Of a stretch of 64,000 nucleotides of DNA, positions 1-10,552 are shown in pieces. The translations under genes and the position numbers were made by a program. The first letter of the stretch is position 1; every line of letters begins with the position of its first letter. A model generated the notes under the pieces. It ran no database searches, had not been told where the DNA came from, and was given only the letters and a program-made list of their open reading frames with translations. This DNA comes from Candidatus Atabeyarchaeum deiterrae. Its GTDB lineage: Archaea > Asgardarchaeota > Atabeyarchaeia > Atabeyarchaeales > Atabeyarchaeaceae. The stretch spans positions 1,472,001 to 1,536,000 of the forward strand of contig CP147780.1 in the NCBI GenBank assembly GCA_037310415.1, given 5' to 3'.

Positions 1-297
1 TCCCTCCCTGCCACCGGCGACAACCATGGTTACAAAGCAGACTATCTCTCTGGAAATCAAACACAACGACTGCTGCTTGGTTCGAATTGGCCCTAAAGTA
101 GTATTCTTCTAAGAGAAAGAACTCGACTCTCCCATATCATGAGGCATATTTGAATGCCGGGGAAAACGCATTCTCAAATGAATCAACCAAAGGATAAGTA
201 TCCGTCCCCTAAACGAAGAAAGAATCTTGCTTCAAGACACCAATCGACGTCAATCAACCATGGAAGCTCATATGATTTGATCAAAACAACCCTTACT

Positions 298-1458
298 CTA
301 TCTGCTCAGCAGTGCTAGCGGCGTCACGAATCTTCCTAGCCTCTTGATCGCCTCTAGTTGTTCTTTCTGCCCGAGCTTAGCCTTGTTGACGGTGTGTTCG
401 AGGATCTTTGTGGCTTCGTCCATAGCCTTCCTTTCAACTGGGAACGGAACACCATCTTTCCCTCCGAAAGCGAAGCTGAACCTCACCGGATCTCTCCAGC
501 TTGGCTTACTCCCGAAAAGTAGTTCTGAAACCAAAGCTAATCCTCGAACCGTTGCGGCTCCAACCCCTTTTACAGCTATGAGTTCCTCATAGTTCTCAGG
601 ACGAATATCGTAAACCTGCTTCAGGATATCCCAATTCATCCTCGTGGGAAGAAGCCTATAGTGAGTTGCATTCTCCGCGTTCACTTGGATTCCTCCAGTG
701 ATCCAATGCTCCAAAGTCGACCCATTGTCATTATAGGATTTAATTTCAGAGTATGCTCTCCTGATCCTATCGGCTCCGTCATTCACCAAGTCTGTGCAGG
801 TATCTCTGCAGGGTTCGCTCAGTCTTGAAGTCATGTCTAGAACAGTGTTTCCATGATCCTTTGCGCATGCTATCCCCGTATGTGGCTCCTCCACGAAACT
901 CTTCACTTGAGTTGAAAGCCAATGGTACCTTCTCGTCATTTTGATGTCAGGATTCATTCCTTGCTGTATGACTCCCCACTTCCCGTCCTCTGCGACTATG
1001 AGCGAGTGGTGGTACAGGTGATAACCATCTTGAACCGCCGCGTTATCAACTTTTGCAGTCATTCTACTAGCATACTTCAGTCGCGAAATCTCTTCTTGTG
1101 GAAAGTCGAAGATCCTAGCTGTTGCATTGTTCAGCTCGCGCTGAGTCTCAGTGGATTTCCTACCTTTTCCTCCAAAGACGGCTAATCCATGTTTCTTTGG
1201 GTTTAGGATCGTCTTGAGAACTCCACATGTTACGGTAGTTGTTCCGCTTGAGTCCCAATCATAGCCGAGGACACATGAGAGAGCTTGAAACCAGAGTGGA
1301 TCAGAGAGTCTTACGAGTAGCTTCTCCGACCCGAATTCGTCCACAAAAGCATCTACGATGACATCAGCTAACCTAATCATTCGTTTTACTAACCAGCTAG
1401 GAGCAGTTCCAGGATGGAGCCTTAGATCCGCTACTCCTGTCCTCATGAGTCCTTCCAT
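298..1458 (-). CDS. DUF763 domain-containing protein
   Basis: 386-aa ORF. Motifs LRLHPG.AP.WL, WFQALSCVLGYDWDSSGTTT, AKVDNAAVQDGY.LYHH and FSFAFGGKDGVPFPV match DUF763. Confidence 0.88.
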   Translation of the reverse strand: MEGLMRTGVADLRLHPGTAPSWLVKRMIRLADVIVDAFVDEFGSEKLLVRLSDPLWFQALSCVLGYDWDSSGTTTVTCGVLKTILNPKKHGLAVFGGKGRKSTETQRELNNATARIFDFPQEEISRLKYASRMTAKVDNAAVQDGYHLYHHSLIVAEDGKWGVIQQGMNPDIKMTRRYHWLSTQVKSFVEEPHTGIACAKDHGNTVLDMTSRLSEPCRDTCTDLVNDGADRIRRAYSEIKSYNDNGSTLEHWITGGIQVNAENATHYRLLPTRMNWDILKQVYDIRPENYEELIAVKGVGAATVRGLALVSELLFGSKPSWRDPVRFSFAFGGKDGVPFPVERKAMDEATKILEHTVNKAKLGQKEQLEAIKRLGRFVTPLALLSR

Positions 1459-1543
1459 AGGAAAAACAACCTTCCGAACAGAAAATATAACCCCGAATGA
1501 CTTTAAAAACAGTCCATCTGGGGGAACCTATGAATCTGCTTCG

Positions 1544-1861
1544 TTATGCGGTCCCGACCTTTCTTGACTTGTTCTTTGCCACATAGGCGATCAGGATAAG
1601 CTCAACAATGATGTTTCCTAGTGCGAAGAGCATGTACGAACTCATGTTGACCGACACGACGTAAAGAACCAGAAGGCTTAGCAAGATCCAGACAAATATG
1701 AAGTTGCTTCTCAGCCTACTTTTCTCACCTGCTGCTCTGTTAATCTCCCTGCGTCTGGTCTTGCTGTTGACATATAGATAAATAGAAACTATCGTCAGGA
1801 ATACGATGCTGAAGCTGATGCTAGTGACCCACCACTCGAACAGGTCGGGATAATATTGCAT
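1544..1861 (-). CDS. small membrane protein (about 105 aa, about 3 TM helices), probably co-transcribed with the Mg2+ ATPase
   Basis: ATG at 1861 (MQYYPDLFEWW...) lies 15 nt after the ATPase stop with GGAG upstream; hydrophobic segments. The longer ORF-track start (2065) overlaps the ATPase and is rejected. Confidence 0.65.
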   Translation of the reverse strand: MQYYPDLFEWWVTSISFSIVFLTIVSIYLYVNSKTRRREINRAAGEKSRLRSNFIFVWILLSLLVLYVVSVNMSSYMLFALGNIIVELILIAYVAKNKSRKVGTA

Positions 1862-1875
1862 TGTCGATTTCTCCT

Positions 1876-4293
1876 TCAGAACTTGCAGACCTTGTAGAAG
1901 AACACCTTGCCGGCATCTACAAGCAATAGGTATGTAGCAACCATGAGCACCAATAGCACCCAGTACTGCAATGGGAGCTGTGTGAATCCGAGAAAGTCGC
2001 CGAGGATGGTGAATGGCAGTATTGTTCCAAACGCGACACAGGAGAGCGTAAGCAACGTTACCCATTTTCCGGGACGACTCGTGACAAACGGTACCCGTCT
2101 AGTTCTGATCACAAACATTACTAGAACCTCAGTCCAGAATGACTCTACGAACCACCCGCTCTGGAAAAGCGCAGGAGAGGCACCGAATATGAAGAGCATG
2201 ATTCCATACGTAAGGAAATCATACAGAGAGCTAAACGGTCCAAAGAAGAGCGTGAATTTTCTTATGAAACTAATGTCCCACTGCTTTGGTCGTTTCGTCT
2301 CCTCAGGGTCGACATGGTCAGTGGGCAACGTCATGTTGGCTACATCGTACAGTAAGTTCATGAAAAGTATCTGCATAGGTAACATAGGAAGGAATGGCAG
2401 GAATACCGCAGCGACCGCAGCGCTAAGCATATTTCCGAAGTTCGAACTCGTTCCCATCATAATATACTTATTTGTGTTCCAATAGATTTTGCGGCCTTCT
2501 TGTATTCCATTCGCGAGGACAAGTAAATCCTTTTCCAGAAGCACTACGTCTGCTGCATCTTTTGAAACATCAGCTGCGGTGTCAACTGATATGCCCACAT
2601 CCGCCTCGTAGAGGGCGGGTGCGTCGTTTACTCCGTCCCCCATGAAACCAACTACGTGCCCATTTGCTTTCAAAGCTTTGATAATATCCAGCTTCTGTTC
2701 AGGGGTGATCCTTGCAAATATCGTAGCCTCTTCCACCGCTTTTTTGATTTGAGTTGAGCTCAACTCAATTAGATCGGTTCCGAGTATTATTCTTCTGACG
2801 GGTACTTGGAGCTCCTCACAGATCTTTTTCGCAACTAGTTCGTTGTCCCCAGTCAGTATTTTAACGTCCACTCCCATGTCCTTCAACCTGGCTATCGCTT
2901 CACGGGCATCTCTCTTGGGAGGATCAATGAATACTGCGAATCCAAGAAAGGTTAGATTCGCCTCGTCCTCAACCGAGTAGGAAGCCTTGTTCTCCACATC
3001 TCGGTATGCAACGGCGATAACGCGATACCCAACCCCGGAAAGTTCAGATAGCTTGTCTTTGATCCCCTTTAGGACGGAATCGATCGGCTCCTTCTCTCCA
3101 TTCATTTCTGCGTCTCTGCATCTGGGAAAGATTGATTCTGGGGCCCCTTTAGTGATGAGAAGTGACGCGCCGTCTTTTCTCACTACCGTGGACATCATTC
3201 GTCGCTGATAGTCAAATGGGATCTCATCCACGCTCTTGAAGACCTTGAGACCCTTTTGCTTTCTGTTCTTAATGGCGTACTCCCAAATTGCCACGTCCAT
3301 CGCGTTGCCTGTGACTTTCTCGCCTACAACTGCGCTATTGCAGAGAAGTGCATAGGTTAGAATTCTCGGATCTTCCGCCTCGCTGAGTGACCAGTAGTCC
3401 CTGAGAGTGATCTTGCCTTCCGTAAGTGTCCCCGTCTTATCAGAGCATAGGACATCCATGTTGCCGAAATCCTCAATCGAGAGCAAACGTTTCGCGATGA
3501 CACGAACCATAGACATTCTTCTCGCCCCTTGGGAGAGGCCAATGGTGACTATAGCAGGCATAAGTTCGGGAACGAGTCCAATGGCTATTGCGAGAGAAAA
3601 AAGCAATGACTCGATGATCGGGCGCCCAAGGAGATAGCGAAACCCGAAAATTCCGATCGCGAGTGCCAAGGTCAGGATGATAAGCATCCTTCCATAACTT
3701 CTAATTGCTCTTTGAAATTCAGTTTCAGGGTGGGGTCGAACAAGACTCCGAGATATGGCTCCAAACTCAGTATTCTTCCCAGTCGCGACTGCGACGCCGC
3801 GACCACCTCCATTTGTTATCACTGTCCCCATAAACACGTAGTTGACTAGTTGCTGGGGGGTTGGACGCTGAAGGCTGAGACCGTCACAGGACTTCTCAAC
3901 TGTGAAAGATTCCCCAGTAAGAGTTGATTCATCAACTTGGAGGTTCTTGGATTCAATTAGCCTCATGTCAGCTGGAACAATGTCTCCAATATAGACTGAG
4001 ATCAAGTCTCCGGGAACGATCAATCTAGAACTAATCTCTCGTGGCTTGTTGTCTCTGGTTACAACAGCCCTGAGCGCTCCCCTATGTCGAAGGTCTTCGA
4101 CAATCTTCTCAGCCCTATACTCGTTATAGAATCCAAGGACGACGCTGAGAGCAATCATCAAGAGTATTACAATCGCCTGCTCGGGTTCAGCGAAAAAAAC
4201 GGCTACAATTGCGCACGCGATTAGGATAATGAATATCGGATTCTTGAACTGCCTGCCAAGCAGCTTAGCTAGGCTAAAGGATTGTGTTGGCAA
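1876..4293 (-). CDS. mgtA: magnesium-translocating P-type ATPase (P3B); true N-terminus extends to about 4437
   Basis: TGES, PELMP, DKTGTLT phosphorylation site, KGAPE, GDGVND, GTSSNFGNMLS, NLLYD and FQSGWFVES are MgtA-type signatures. Confidence 0.9.
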   Translation of the reverse strand: MPTQSFSLAKLLGRQFKNPIFIILIACAIVAVFFAEPEQAIVILLMIALSVVLGFYNEYRAEKIVEDLRHRGALRAVVTRDNKPREISSRLIVPGDLISVYIGDIVPADMRLIESKNLQVDESTLTGESFTVEKSCDGLSLQRPTPQQLVNYVFMGTVITNGGGRGVAVATGKNTEFGAISRSLVRPHPETEFQRAIRSYGRMLIILTLALAIGIFGFRYLLGRPIIESLLFSLAIAIGLVPELMPAIVTIGLSQGARRMSMVRVIAKRLLSIEDFGNMDVLCSDKTGTLTEGKITLRDYWSLSEAEDPRILTYALLCNSAVVGEKVTGNAMDVAIWEYAIKNRKQKGLKVFKSVDEIPFDYQRRMMSTVVRKDGASLLITKGAPESIFPRCRDAEMNGEKEPIDSVLKGIKDKLSELSGVGYRVIAVAYRDVENKASYSVEDEANLTFLGFAVFIDPPKRDAREAIARLKDMGVDVKILTGDNELVAKKICEELQVPVRRIILGTDLIELSSTQIKKAVEEATIFARITPEQKLDIIKALKANGHVVGFMGDGVNDAPALYEADVGISVDTAADVSKDAADVVLLEKDLLVLANGIQEGRKIYWNTNKYIMMGTSSNFGNMLSAAVAAVFLPFLPMLPMQILFMNLLYDVANMTLPTDHVDPEETKRPKQWDISFIRKFTLFFGPFSSLYDFLTYGIMLFIFGASPALFQSGWFVESFWTEVLVMFVIRTRRVPFVTSRPGKWVTLLTLSCVAFGTILPFTILGDFLGFTQLPLQYWVLLVLMVATYLLLVDAGKVFFYKVCKF

Positions 4294-4536
4294 CTCATTG
4301 TATCCGTGAATTTTGAGGCGTTCGCCCGCTTCCCGCTCAGATAAACCGTGTTCTCTCGTATGGAGAGCACGAAAAACGCCGTCAGGGCCAGTCGACCAGT
4401 AGTCGTCGCGTGTGATTGCCGCCTTCTGTTTTGCCGTATTGTTCCATCCGCCTCACGGAATCAGATCGAAGTGTCAAGATGGTGAGATATAAGGGTTACG
4501 TCGCAATCGATCAATAATGGCATCAGGCGTAATACC

Positions 4537-5367
4537 TCAGGCAGGTTCTTCATGGATGTCTATTCTCTCAACCTGAGGATATTCCCTCTTGATTGCAATC
4601 TCGAGTTTGCTTGAGATCTCGTCAGCTCTTTCTATTCTGATGTCTGGGTCGAAATGGCATCGCAGATCTACGCGGAGACTCTCGCCGATCCTGCGAATCT
4701 TGATCGCATGAACACGTTTGATCTCAGCGAACGACCTTGCAGCGTGCTCAATGTACGCATGTAACCCGGCGTCAACTCCTGTCAGCTCCCTAGACAAGCG
4801 GTCTGTGGCTGATTCAATGTGAATGTCGATCTCGGAGAAACTCGGGTTAGTCATTCTCAGTTTGTTCTCAACTTGGCTAGCTACTTTATGTGCCTGCTTG
4901 ACAGTCATGCCTTCACTTACTTGCAGGTGAAAATCGATACACAGCTTTCTATTAATGTACTGGACATGTATGTTGTGAGCATCCCTTGAGCCGGGAACCT
5001 CCTCAGCTATGTCCTTCACAATCTTCCAAATGCTTTTTCGACCACTCAGTGGCTCAGTGTTGATAGTGACCCTCGCGTTGGGAACGATCTCCTTGACTGC
5101 GCTCTCGATGTTGGAGGCGATCTTGTGCACATCCTCGAATTTCAGGTTGTCATCAAGGGAGACAAGCATATCAACCTCAAACCTCTTCCCAGTCATACGT
5201 GCGCTCAATTGGTCGTAATTCTTGACGCCCTTTATGGCTTCAACTCGATTTCTTATCATCCTCGTAATCTCTTCTTCTGAGCGCCCTACCATGGGAATTG
5301 GCAAATTCAACACCTCGGTTGCCTTGAAGGTATCAGATAAACGCGAAGCATGTTCTGCGTGACTCAA
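4537..5367 (-). CDS. soluble protein of three tandem cation-efflux (CDF/ZT_dimer) C-terminal domains
   Basis: Three roughly 80-aa repeats ending ..VHKIASNIE..INTEP, ..AHKVASQVE..IHIES and ..DEISSKLE..IHEEP; no TM segment. Confidence 0.75.
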   Translation of the reverse strand: MSHAEHASRLSDTFKATEVLNLPIPMVGRSEEEITRMIRNRVEAIKGVKNYDQLSARMTGKRFEVDMLVSLDDNLKFEDVHKIASNIESAVKEIVPNARVTINTEPLSGRKSIWKIVKDIAEEVPGSRDAHNIHVQYINRKLCIDFHLQVSEGMTVKQAHKVASQVENKLRMTNPSFSEIDIHIESATDRLSRELTGVDAGLHAYIEHAARSFAEIKRVHAIKIRRIGESLRVDLRCHFDPDIRIERADEISSKLEIAIKREYPQVERIDIHEEPA

Positions 5368-5596
5368 TCTACGACTCTGGTATTAAACTTGACTTGACAT
5401 CTATTATGACTTGTATATACATTATTCTCTGAATCTGCTTGGTTTAACCCATTTCCAAGCAGAAGCGATATAGTCGCATCTCCATAAAGAACTCCGCAGA
5501 ATTCTTAAGCTTCAGTCCACATTACGAAGTTGAGACAGTTGTGAATGAACTTCGAGCGTCAATTCTAGCCACATTCAGATAGAGAGGTACTCCTTA

Positions 5597-7456
5597 ATGG
5601 ACGTCGAGAAGACTATCGAAGGCATCCCTGAGTCTCCAGGAGTGTATCTAATGAAGGATGCTCAGGAACATATCGCCTACATTGGCAAAGCGAACAATAT
5701 TCGGAAGAGAGTTCTATCTCATTTTCGAAACACTGACAACGAGAAGGATTCGTTGCTCTCATCAATCACCACCAATGTTGAATTCATCGTGGCTCCATCA
5801 GAAGTTGAAGCACTTCTTCTTGAGAACAACCTGATCAAAAAACACAAGCCTCGCTACAACATTAGGCTCAGAGATGACAAGAGCTACCCCTTCATCAAGC
5901 TCTCCATTTCAGAGGAGTTTCCACAGATTACATTAACCAGACGAATCGTCGACGATGGCTCATTGTACTTCGGGCCCATGGGCGATGTTAGCGGTGCCAG
6001 AACGACCATGAAAATAGTAAGAAGGATCTTCCCCATCAGAAACTGCGCTCGAGAGATACACGATGGCAGAAAGAAGGAGCGACCATGCCTAGAATATCAG
6101 CTCAGACAGTGCTCTGCGCCTTGTGCAAATCTGATCACCAAACAGGAATACAAAACCCTAGTTGACGGAATTCGGAAGCTCTTGACCGGGGAATTGGATG
6201 AGCTGATCGAAGACTTCAAGACAAGGATGGCTCAAGCATCAGAGAAACTTGATTTTGAAAGAGCAGCTTTCTACAGAGACCGAATCAAAGATCTCGAAAG
6301 AACAACACTGAAACAAGTCATCGTACTTTCAGCTAGAATCTCCAAAGACATAATGGCCGTAGCAAAGAAAGGCGACGATGCTTGCATTCAACTTCTAATG
6401 ATTCGATCAGGGAAGCTAATTGACCAGGCACACTATTTTCTAGAAGGTGCTGGAGGTAGCTCGGACGAAGAAATATTGTCGGCGTTTATGACCCAGCACT
6501 ATCAGTATGGCGCATCTTCATCAATCCCGCAGGAGATCATGGTCTCTCGCAATCTCGAAGACAAGGAGCTCCTGCAGAGATCTCTGAGCGAAAGGAGGAA
6601 AGGTCTCTCTGAGAGCATGGCTGCCAACCTAGTTCACATAGCCACCCCCGTGAATGATGAAGATCTGAAATTAATCGAAATGGCTGAGCAAAACGCCGAT
6701 GCTTACTTGGAGCAGAACCTTGCTCAGGAGGATAGGCGTAAACTCAGAGCTGAGCAAGCTCTAGTTGAGCTTAAGACTATGCTGAGACTACCTAACCTTC
6801 CCATCAGAATAGAAGCGTTTGATGTTTCAACTGCAGGCGGAGATGCTGCTGTAGGCTCGATGGTCGTGATGCTCAACGGCGAACCCGCTAAGTCGATGTA
6901 CCGAAGATTCAAGATCAAGGGTGTTCAAGGGCAGGACGATTTTGCTATGATTAGAGAGATCGTCAAGAGACGATACAAGCGGCTGACTGAAAAGAAAGAA
7001 AAGAACGTCACTACACTGCCTGAACTAGTGCTGGTTGATGGCGGAAAGGGTCAACTTAATGCTGCATTAGAAGCCGAGAGGGAATTAGACATCTCGATGC
7101 CAACGATAGGTTTGGCGAAAGAGTTCGAAGATGTATATGTCCAGCACCAGCCGAATCCCGTCGACATGCCAAAGGATTCGAAGGCGATGCTCCTGCTGAA
7201 GAGAGCGAGAGACGAGGCTCACAGGTTCGCAGTAGCCTATCACAGAAAGAGAATGGCAAGAAAAACTCTGGAGTCGATACTTGACACCGTGCCAGGAATC
7301 GGTTCCAAGCGAAAAGCGGCGCTATTTCGATACTTCAAGTCACTTGAAGACATCAGTACAGCGGATGAAGCGAGAATTTCGAAGGCTCTAAGGATAAGCA
7401 AGGTAGCCGCGCGAAAACTCATAGAACAGGTGTCGGACATGAGAAGAGGACAATAG
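5597..7456 (+). CDS. uvrC: excinuclease ABC subunit C
   Basis: GIY-YIG (PGVYLM..YIGKA), UVR (LDFERAAFYRD), RNase H-like (IEAFDVS, LVDGGKGQ, RDEAHRFA) and HhH (VPGIG) motifs. Confidence 0.96.
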   Translation: MDVEKTIEGIPESPGVYLMKDAQEHIAYIGKANNIRKRVLSHFRNTDNEKDSLLSSITTNVEFIVAPSEVEALLLENNLIKKHKPRYNIRLRDDKSYPFIKLSISEEFPQITLTRRIVDDGSLYFGPMGDVSGARTTMKIVRRIFPIRNCAREIHDGRKKERPCLEYQLRQCSAPCANLITKQEYKTLVDGIRKLLTGELDELIEDFKTRMAQASEKLDFERAAFYRDRIKDLERTTLKQVIVLSARISKDIMAVAKKGDDACIQLLMIRSGKLIDQAHYFLEGAGGSSDEEILSAFMTQHYQYGASSSIPQEIMVSRNLEDKELLQRSLSERRKGLSESMAANLVHIATPVNDEDLKLIEMAEQNADAYLEQNLAQEDRRKLRAEQALVELKTMLRLPNLPIRIEAFDVSTAGGDAAVGSMVVMLNGEPAKSMYRRFKIKGVQGQDDFAMIREIVKRRYKRLTEKKEKNVTTLPELVLVDGGKGQLNAALEAERELDISMPTIGLAKEFEDVYVQHQPNPVDMPKDSKAMLLLKRARDEAHRFAVAYHRKRMARKTLESILDTVPGIGSKRKAALFRYFKSLEDISTADEARISKALRISKVAARKLIEQVSDMRRGQ

Positions 7457-7504
7457 ACATCATGGAACCGCAATACTTGAATGAGATCTCGAGAGACGAT
7501 GCTC

Positions 7505-7969
7505 TCATACTACCTTGTAGATCTCAGGGAACAGCTTGTTAAACTCTGGAATACTGTCGCTATTGATTATCACTATGTTCCTTTTGCAGTTCAGACAGAC
7601 TGTTGTTTTCTCATTCTCGAATGACAAGAAAGTCAGCTTGTTCTGTCCACAGAACGGGCACTCCCCTCCAGACATGAGCAATTTGCCGACGAGTTCACTG
7701 TGGTTGAATTTCACTTTCACTTTGTCCTGATCCATTATCTTTGCATCTTTGACAGTCTCTTTCACAAGTATCATACTTCTCTCCTGCAAATGATACTCCT
7801 TCTGCATTGTCACATCCGTCACCAGTTGCTTGGCCATATCCTTCATCCTGTCCCATGTTGAATTCGGGCAAACAAGCAAGCACTTGTCGACAGGAACAAG
7901 ATGATATGCTTTCTTCAATAGATCAACTACTCTGGCAGGAAGCTGAGAAGAGACCTCAACGATCCTCAT
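7505..7969 (-). CDS. hypothetical protein with C-terminal zinc ribbon
   Basis: 154-aa ORF with GGGAG RBS; CPFC...CLNC. Confidence 0.65.
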   Translation of the reverse strand: MRIVEVSSQLPARVVDLLKKAYHLVPVDKCLLVCPNSTWDRMKDMAKQLVTDVTMQKEYHLQERSMILVKETVKDAKIMDQDKVKVKFNHSELVGKLLMSGGECPFCGQNKLTFLSFENEKTTVCLNCKRNIVIINSDSIPEFNKLFPEIYKVV

Positions 7970-8161
7970 ACAATTCTCCCCTTAGGCACTCGTTCCGTTA
8001 CACTCCAAATCATCCAGTAGGATTACTAGCAACGGAGCTGCAAATTGAATGATTGAAATCGCACAATACCAAGTAGATTTAGATAATAATAAACTAAAAG
8101 CAATTAAAGTATTTCTGTTCCCGTTATGAAGCTCTCAATTACTCAAAGAGTTCGCATTCGG

Positions 8162-8195
8162 AAAAAAGGATATGTAACGGGTTGCCGTGAACCCG
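8162..8195 (-). terminator. putative terminator downstream of acyl-CoA dehydrogenase
   Basis: Hairpin CGGGTT/AACCCG (8178-8195) followed on the minus strand by a T6 run (8162-8167). Confidence 0.35.
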
Positions 8196-8261
8196 CTAGC
8201 TTCAACCGGACTATGCTGAGGAACAAACGTCCCACCCTATGGCACCATTCAGTTGCCTCAG

Positions 8262-9500
8262 CTAAATCTGTGGTGCATCCTTTCCTTCATATTTCAAGCG
8301 GAAACCTGTGTCTTTTCCAGCGCACTCCTTAATGACAGCGCTACCGGAAACAATCCTCTGGACCTCATTTGTGCCTTCATAGATTTGCAGAAGCTTGGCT
8401 CCACGAAGTATCTGCTCCGCTGGGTACTCCCTCATGTATCCATAGCCACCCATTATCTGCATACAGTCAACTGCGTTCTGCATCGCTGAATCCCCTGCGA
8501 ACGTTTTGGCGAAAGCCGACTCCTTGGAGTTCGGCAATTTGTGGTCCGCAAGCCAAGCCGCATATCGCGTCAACCACCTGGCCGCCTCAGCCCTAGTAGC
8601 CATGTCGGCCACCTTGAAACTTATGCCCTGGAAATTGGCAATCGGCTGCCCAAACTGCTTTCTCGCACTACAGAACTTTGCTGCTTCATCAACAGCGCGC
8701 TGAGCAACACCAGTCGCTATTGCCGCAATGGCTGCCCTTGTCTTGTCTAAGGTCATCATGGCCAACTTGAAACCCATACCCTGTTCGCCAACGAGGCAGT
8801 CCTCAGGAACTCTGACGTCCTTGAATATTACTTCACTTTGGACAGAAGCTTTCTGCCCCAGCTTGCGCTCAATGTGACCAATCTCGACGCCCGGGAGATC
8901 TGCTGGAACAATGAATACTGAGATTCCCTTGTGCTTCAACTCAGGATTCGTAGTGGCGAACACAGAGAAGAGCGACGCAACAGGAGCGCTCGTGATAAAG
9001 CACTTCATGCCATTGATAACCCACTCATCTCGGTCTTTGACTGCCTTAGTTTGAACGCTTGCGGCGTCAGATCCCGACATGCGCTCAGTCAGACCGAAAC
9101 CGGCTAGTTTTACTTCCTTCCCTGTGACCAATGGCTTGATGTATTTCTTCAGCTGATCCATTGTGGCCCCAAGAAGAATCGGTGCAAAGGCAAGATTATT
9201 GCAGGCAACTGAAGTCGCTACGCCTGCGTCACCGTAGCCCACCGCTTCAGTAACAAGGGCTTCTTCAACGAGTGTCCGTTCGGGACCGCCGGCAGCTTTC
9301 GGTACGTGAAGGTTCATGAGCCCCATTTCATATGCTTTCTGAATGACTTCCATGGGGAAGTCGTCCTTGTCATCTAGTTCTTGCGCTCTTGGTGTAACGT
9401 ACTTGTAGGTGTATTCCTCGGCTTTCTTCTTGATATCTGACTCCTTGTCATCTAGAGCGAAATCCACCAACTGATAATCAACCTCCATTCCTACGTCCAA
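8262..9500 (-). CDS. acyl-CoA dehydrogenase
   Basis: GLTE..SGSDA, INGMKCFIT, RKQFGQPIANFQ, GGYGYMREYP and QIYEGTNEVQR (catalytic Glu). Confidence 0.95.
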   Translation of the reverse strand: MDVGMEVDYQLVDFALDDKESDIKKKAEEYTYKYVTPRAQELDDKDDFPMEVIQKAYEMGLMNLHVPKAAGGPERTLVEEALVTEAVGYGDAGVATSVACNNLAFAPILLGATMDQLKKYIKPLVTGKEVKLAGFGLTERMSGSDAASVQTKAVKDRDEWVINGMKCFITSAPVASLFSVFATTNPELKHKGISVFIVPADLPGVEIGHIERKLGQKASVQSEVIFKDVRVPEDCLVGEQGMGFKLAMMTLDKTRAAIAAIATGVAQRAVDEAAKFCSARKQFGQPIANFQGISFKVADMATRAEAARWLTRYAAWLADHKLPNSKESAFAKTFAGDSAMQNAVDCMQIMGGYGYMREYPAEQILRGAKLLQIYEGTNEVQRIVSGSAVIKECAGKDTGFRLKYEGKDAPQI

Positions 9501-9593
9501 TCGGAAGCATTCTCGATTTGGTCATAGAAATACTGTTACACTATCCGTGTTCATTAAACCATCCTTTTAAGCGTTTAGCAAGCAAGACACGAT

Positions 9594-10244
9594 CTAGTGA
9601 GCTATTGCCTTCATTATTGATTCCCTCACTTCATCTATTAATTGAGAACCATCTACGTCCCTCAGGAGTTTTCGCTTGGCATAGAACTTGAGGAGCGGCT
9701 TAGTCTGATCCGCATAGATTTTGAGTCTGTTTCTGACGACCTCCTTCTTGTCGTCGTCCCGCTGATACAGTTGCCCTCCACAAACATCGCATTTTTCATC
9801 GACTTTGGGAGGATTAGCTATGAGGCTATAGACTGCGTTGCATGATCTGCACACTCGTCTAGCTGCCGATCGCTTGACTAGCTCATCGTCACTCACCTTG
9901 AGATTTATCACATACGATAAGGGAGTTTTCCTCTCTGCAAGCAACTTGTCCAATGTCTCCGCTTGAGCAATCGTTCTTGGAAACCCGTCGAGTATGAATC
10001 CATTCGCACAGTCTTTCCGTTTGATTCTCTCCTCAATCATCCCTATTACAACCTCATCCGGTACAAGCGCCCCCTTACCCATGTAGTTCCGCGCTCTCTT
10101 ACCGAGTTCTGTCTCATTCTTCACTGCCGCTCTCAGGATATCTCCTGTCGATATCTGTGGAATGCCATACTTCTCAGAGAGAAAAGTGGCTTGGGTTCCC
10201 TTACCAGCCCCTGGGGGACCAAACATCACAAGAATCATCTGCAC
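9594..10244 (-). CDS. adk: adenylate kinase (bacterial-type, Zn-LID)
   Basis: GPPGAGKGTQA, ISTGDILR, LDGFPRT, LID CxxC...CxxC and QRDDD. Confidence 0.96.
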   Translation of the reverse strand: MQMILVMFGPPGAGKGTQATFLSEKYGIPQISTGDILRAAVKNETELGKRARNYMGKGALVPDEVVIGMIEERIKRKDCANGFILDGFPRTIAQAETLDKLLAERKTPLSYVINLKVSDDELVKRSAARRVCRSCNAVYSLIANPPKVDEKCDVCGGQLYQRDDDKKEVVRNRLKIYADQTKPLLKFYAKRKLLRDVDGSQLIDEVRESIMKAIAH

Positions 10245-10552
10245 CTCTCTAACACACCACCTAATACGTCACTTCATAACCAGACAATTTCCGCAGAACT
10301 CAATACGAAAGTCTAATATGATTTGTCTTCTTTCGCGTACCCTTGTTGAAAGAATGAGTAGAAAGTACGAACAATATAAAGTTTCACGCTGTTCTTTCTC
10401 CTCCTTACAAGTGTGATCGGTGAAGGGTCTCGCTTTGCATCTTCAGTTACTGCATAATTCGGTGAAATGATGCTGGGAGCACGAACCCAGCGGACTTTCT
10501 CAGTTATTTTATATCTTGACTCGCCAATATACATAACGAGGACTGATGACAC

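Noticed and set aside
1-60. Possible 5' end of a minus-strand gene (…MVVAGGREG) running off the window
   Set aside because: Too short to support or identify.
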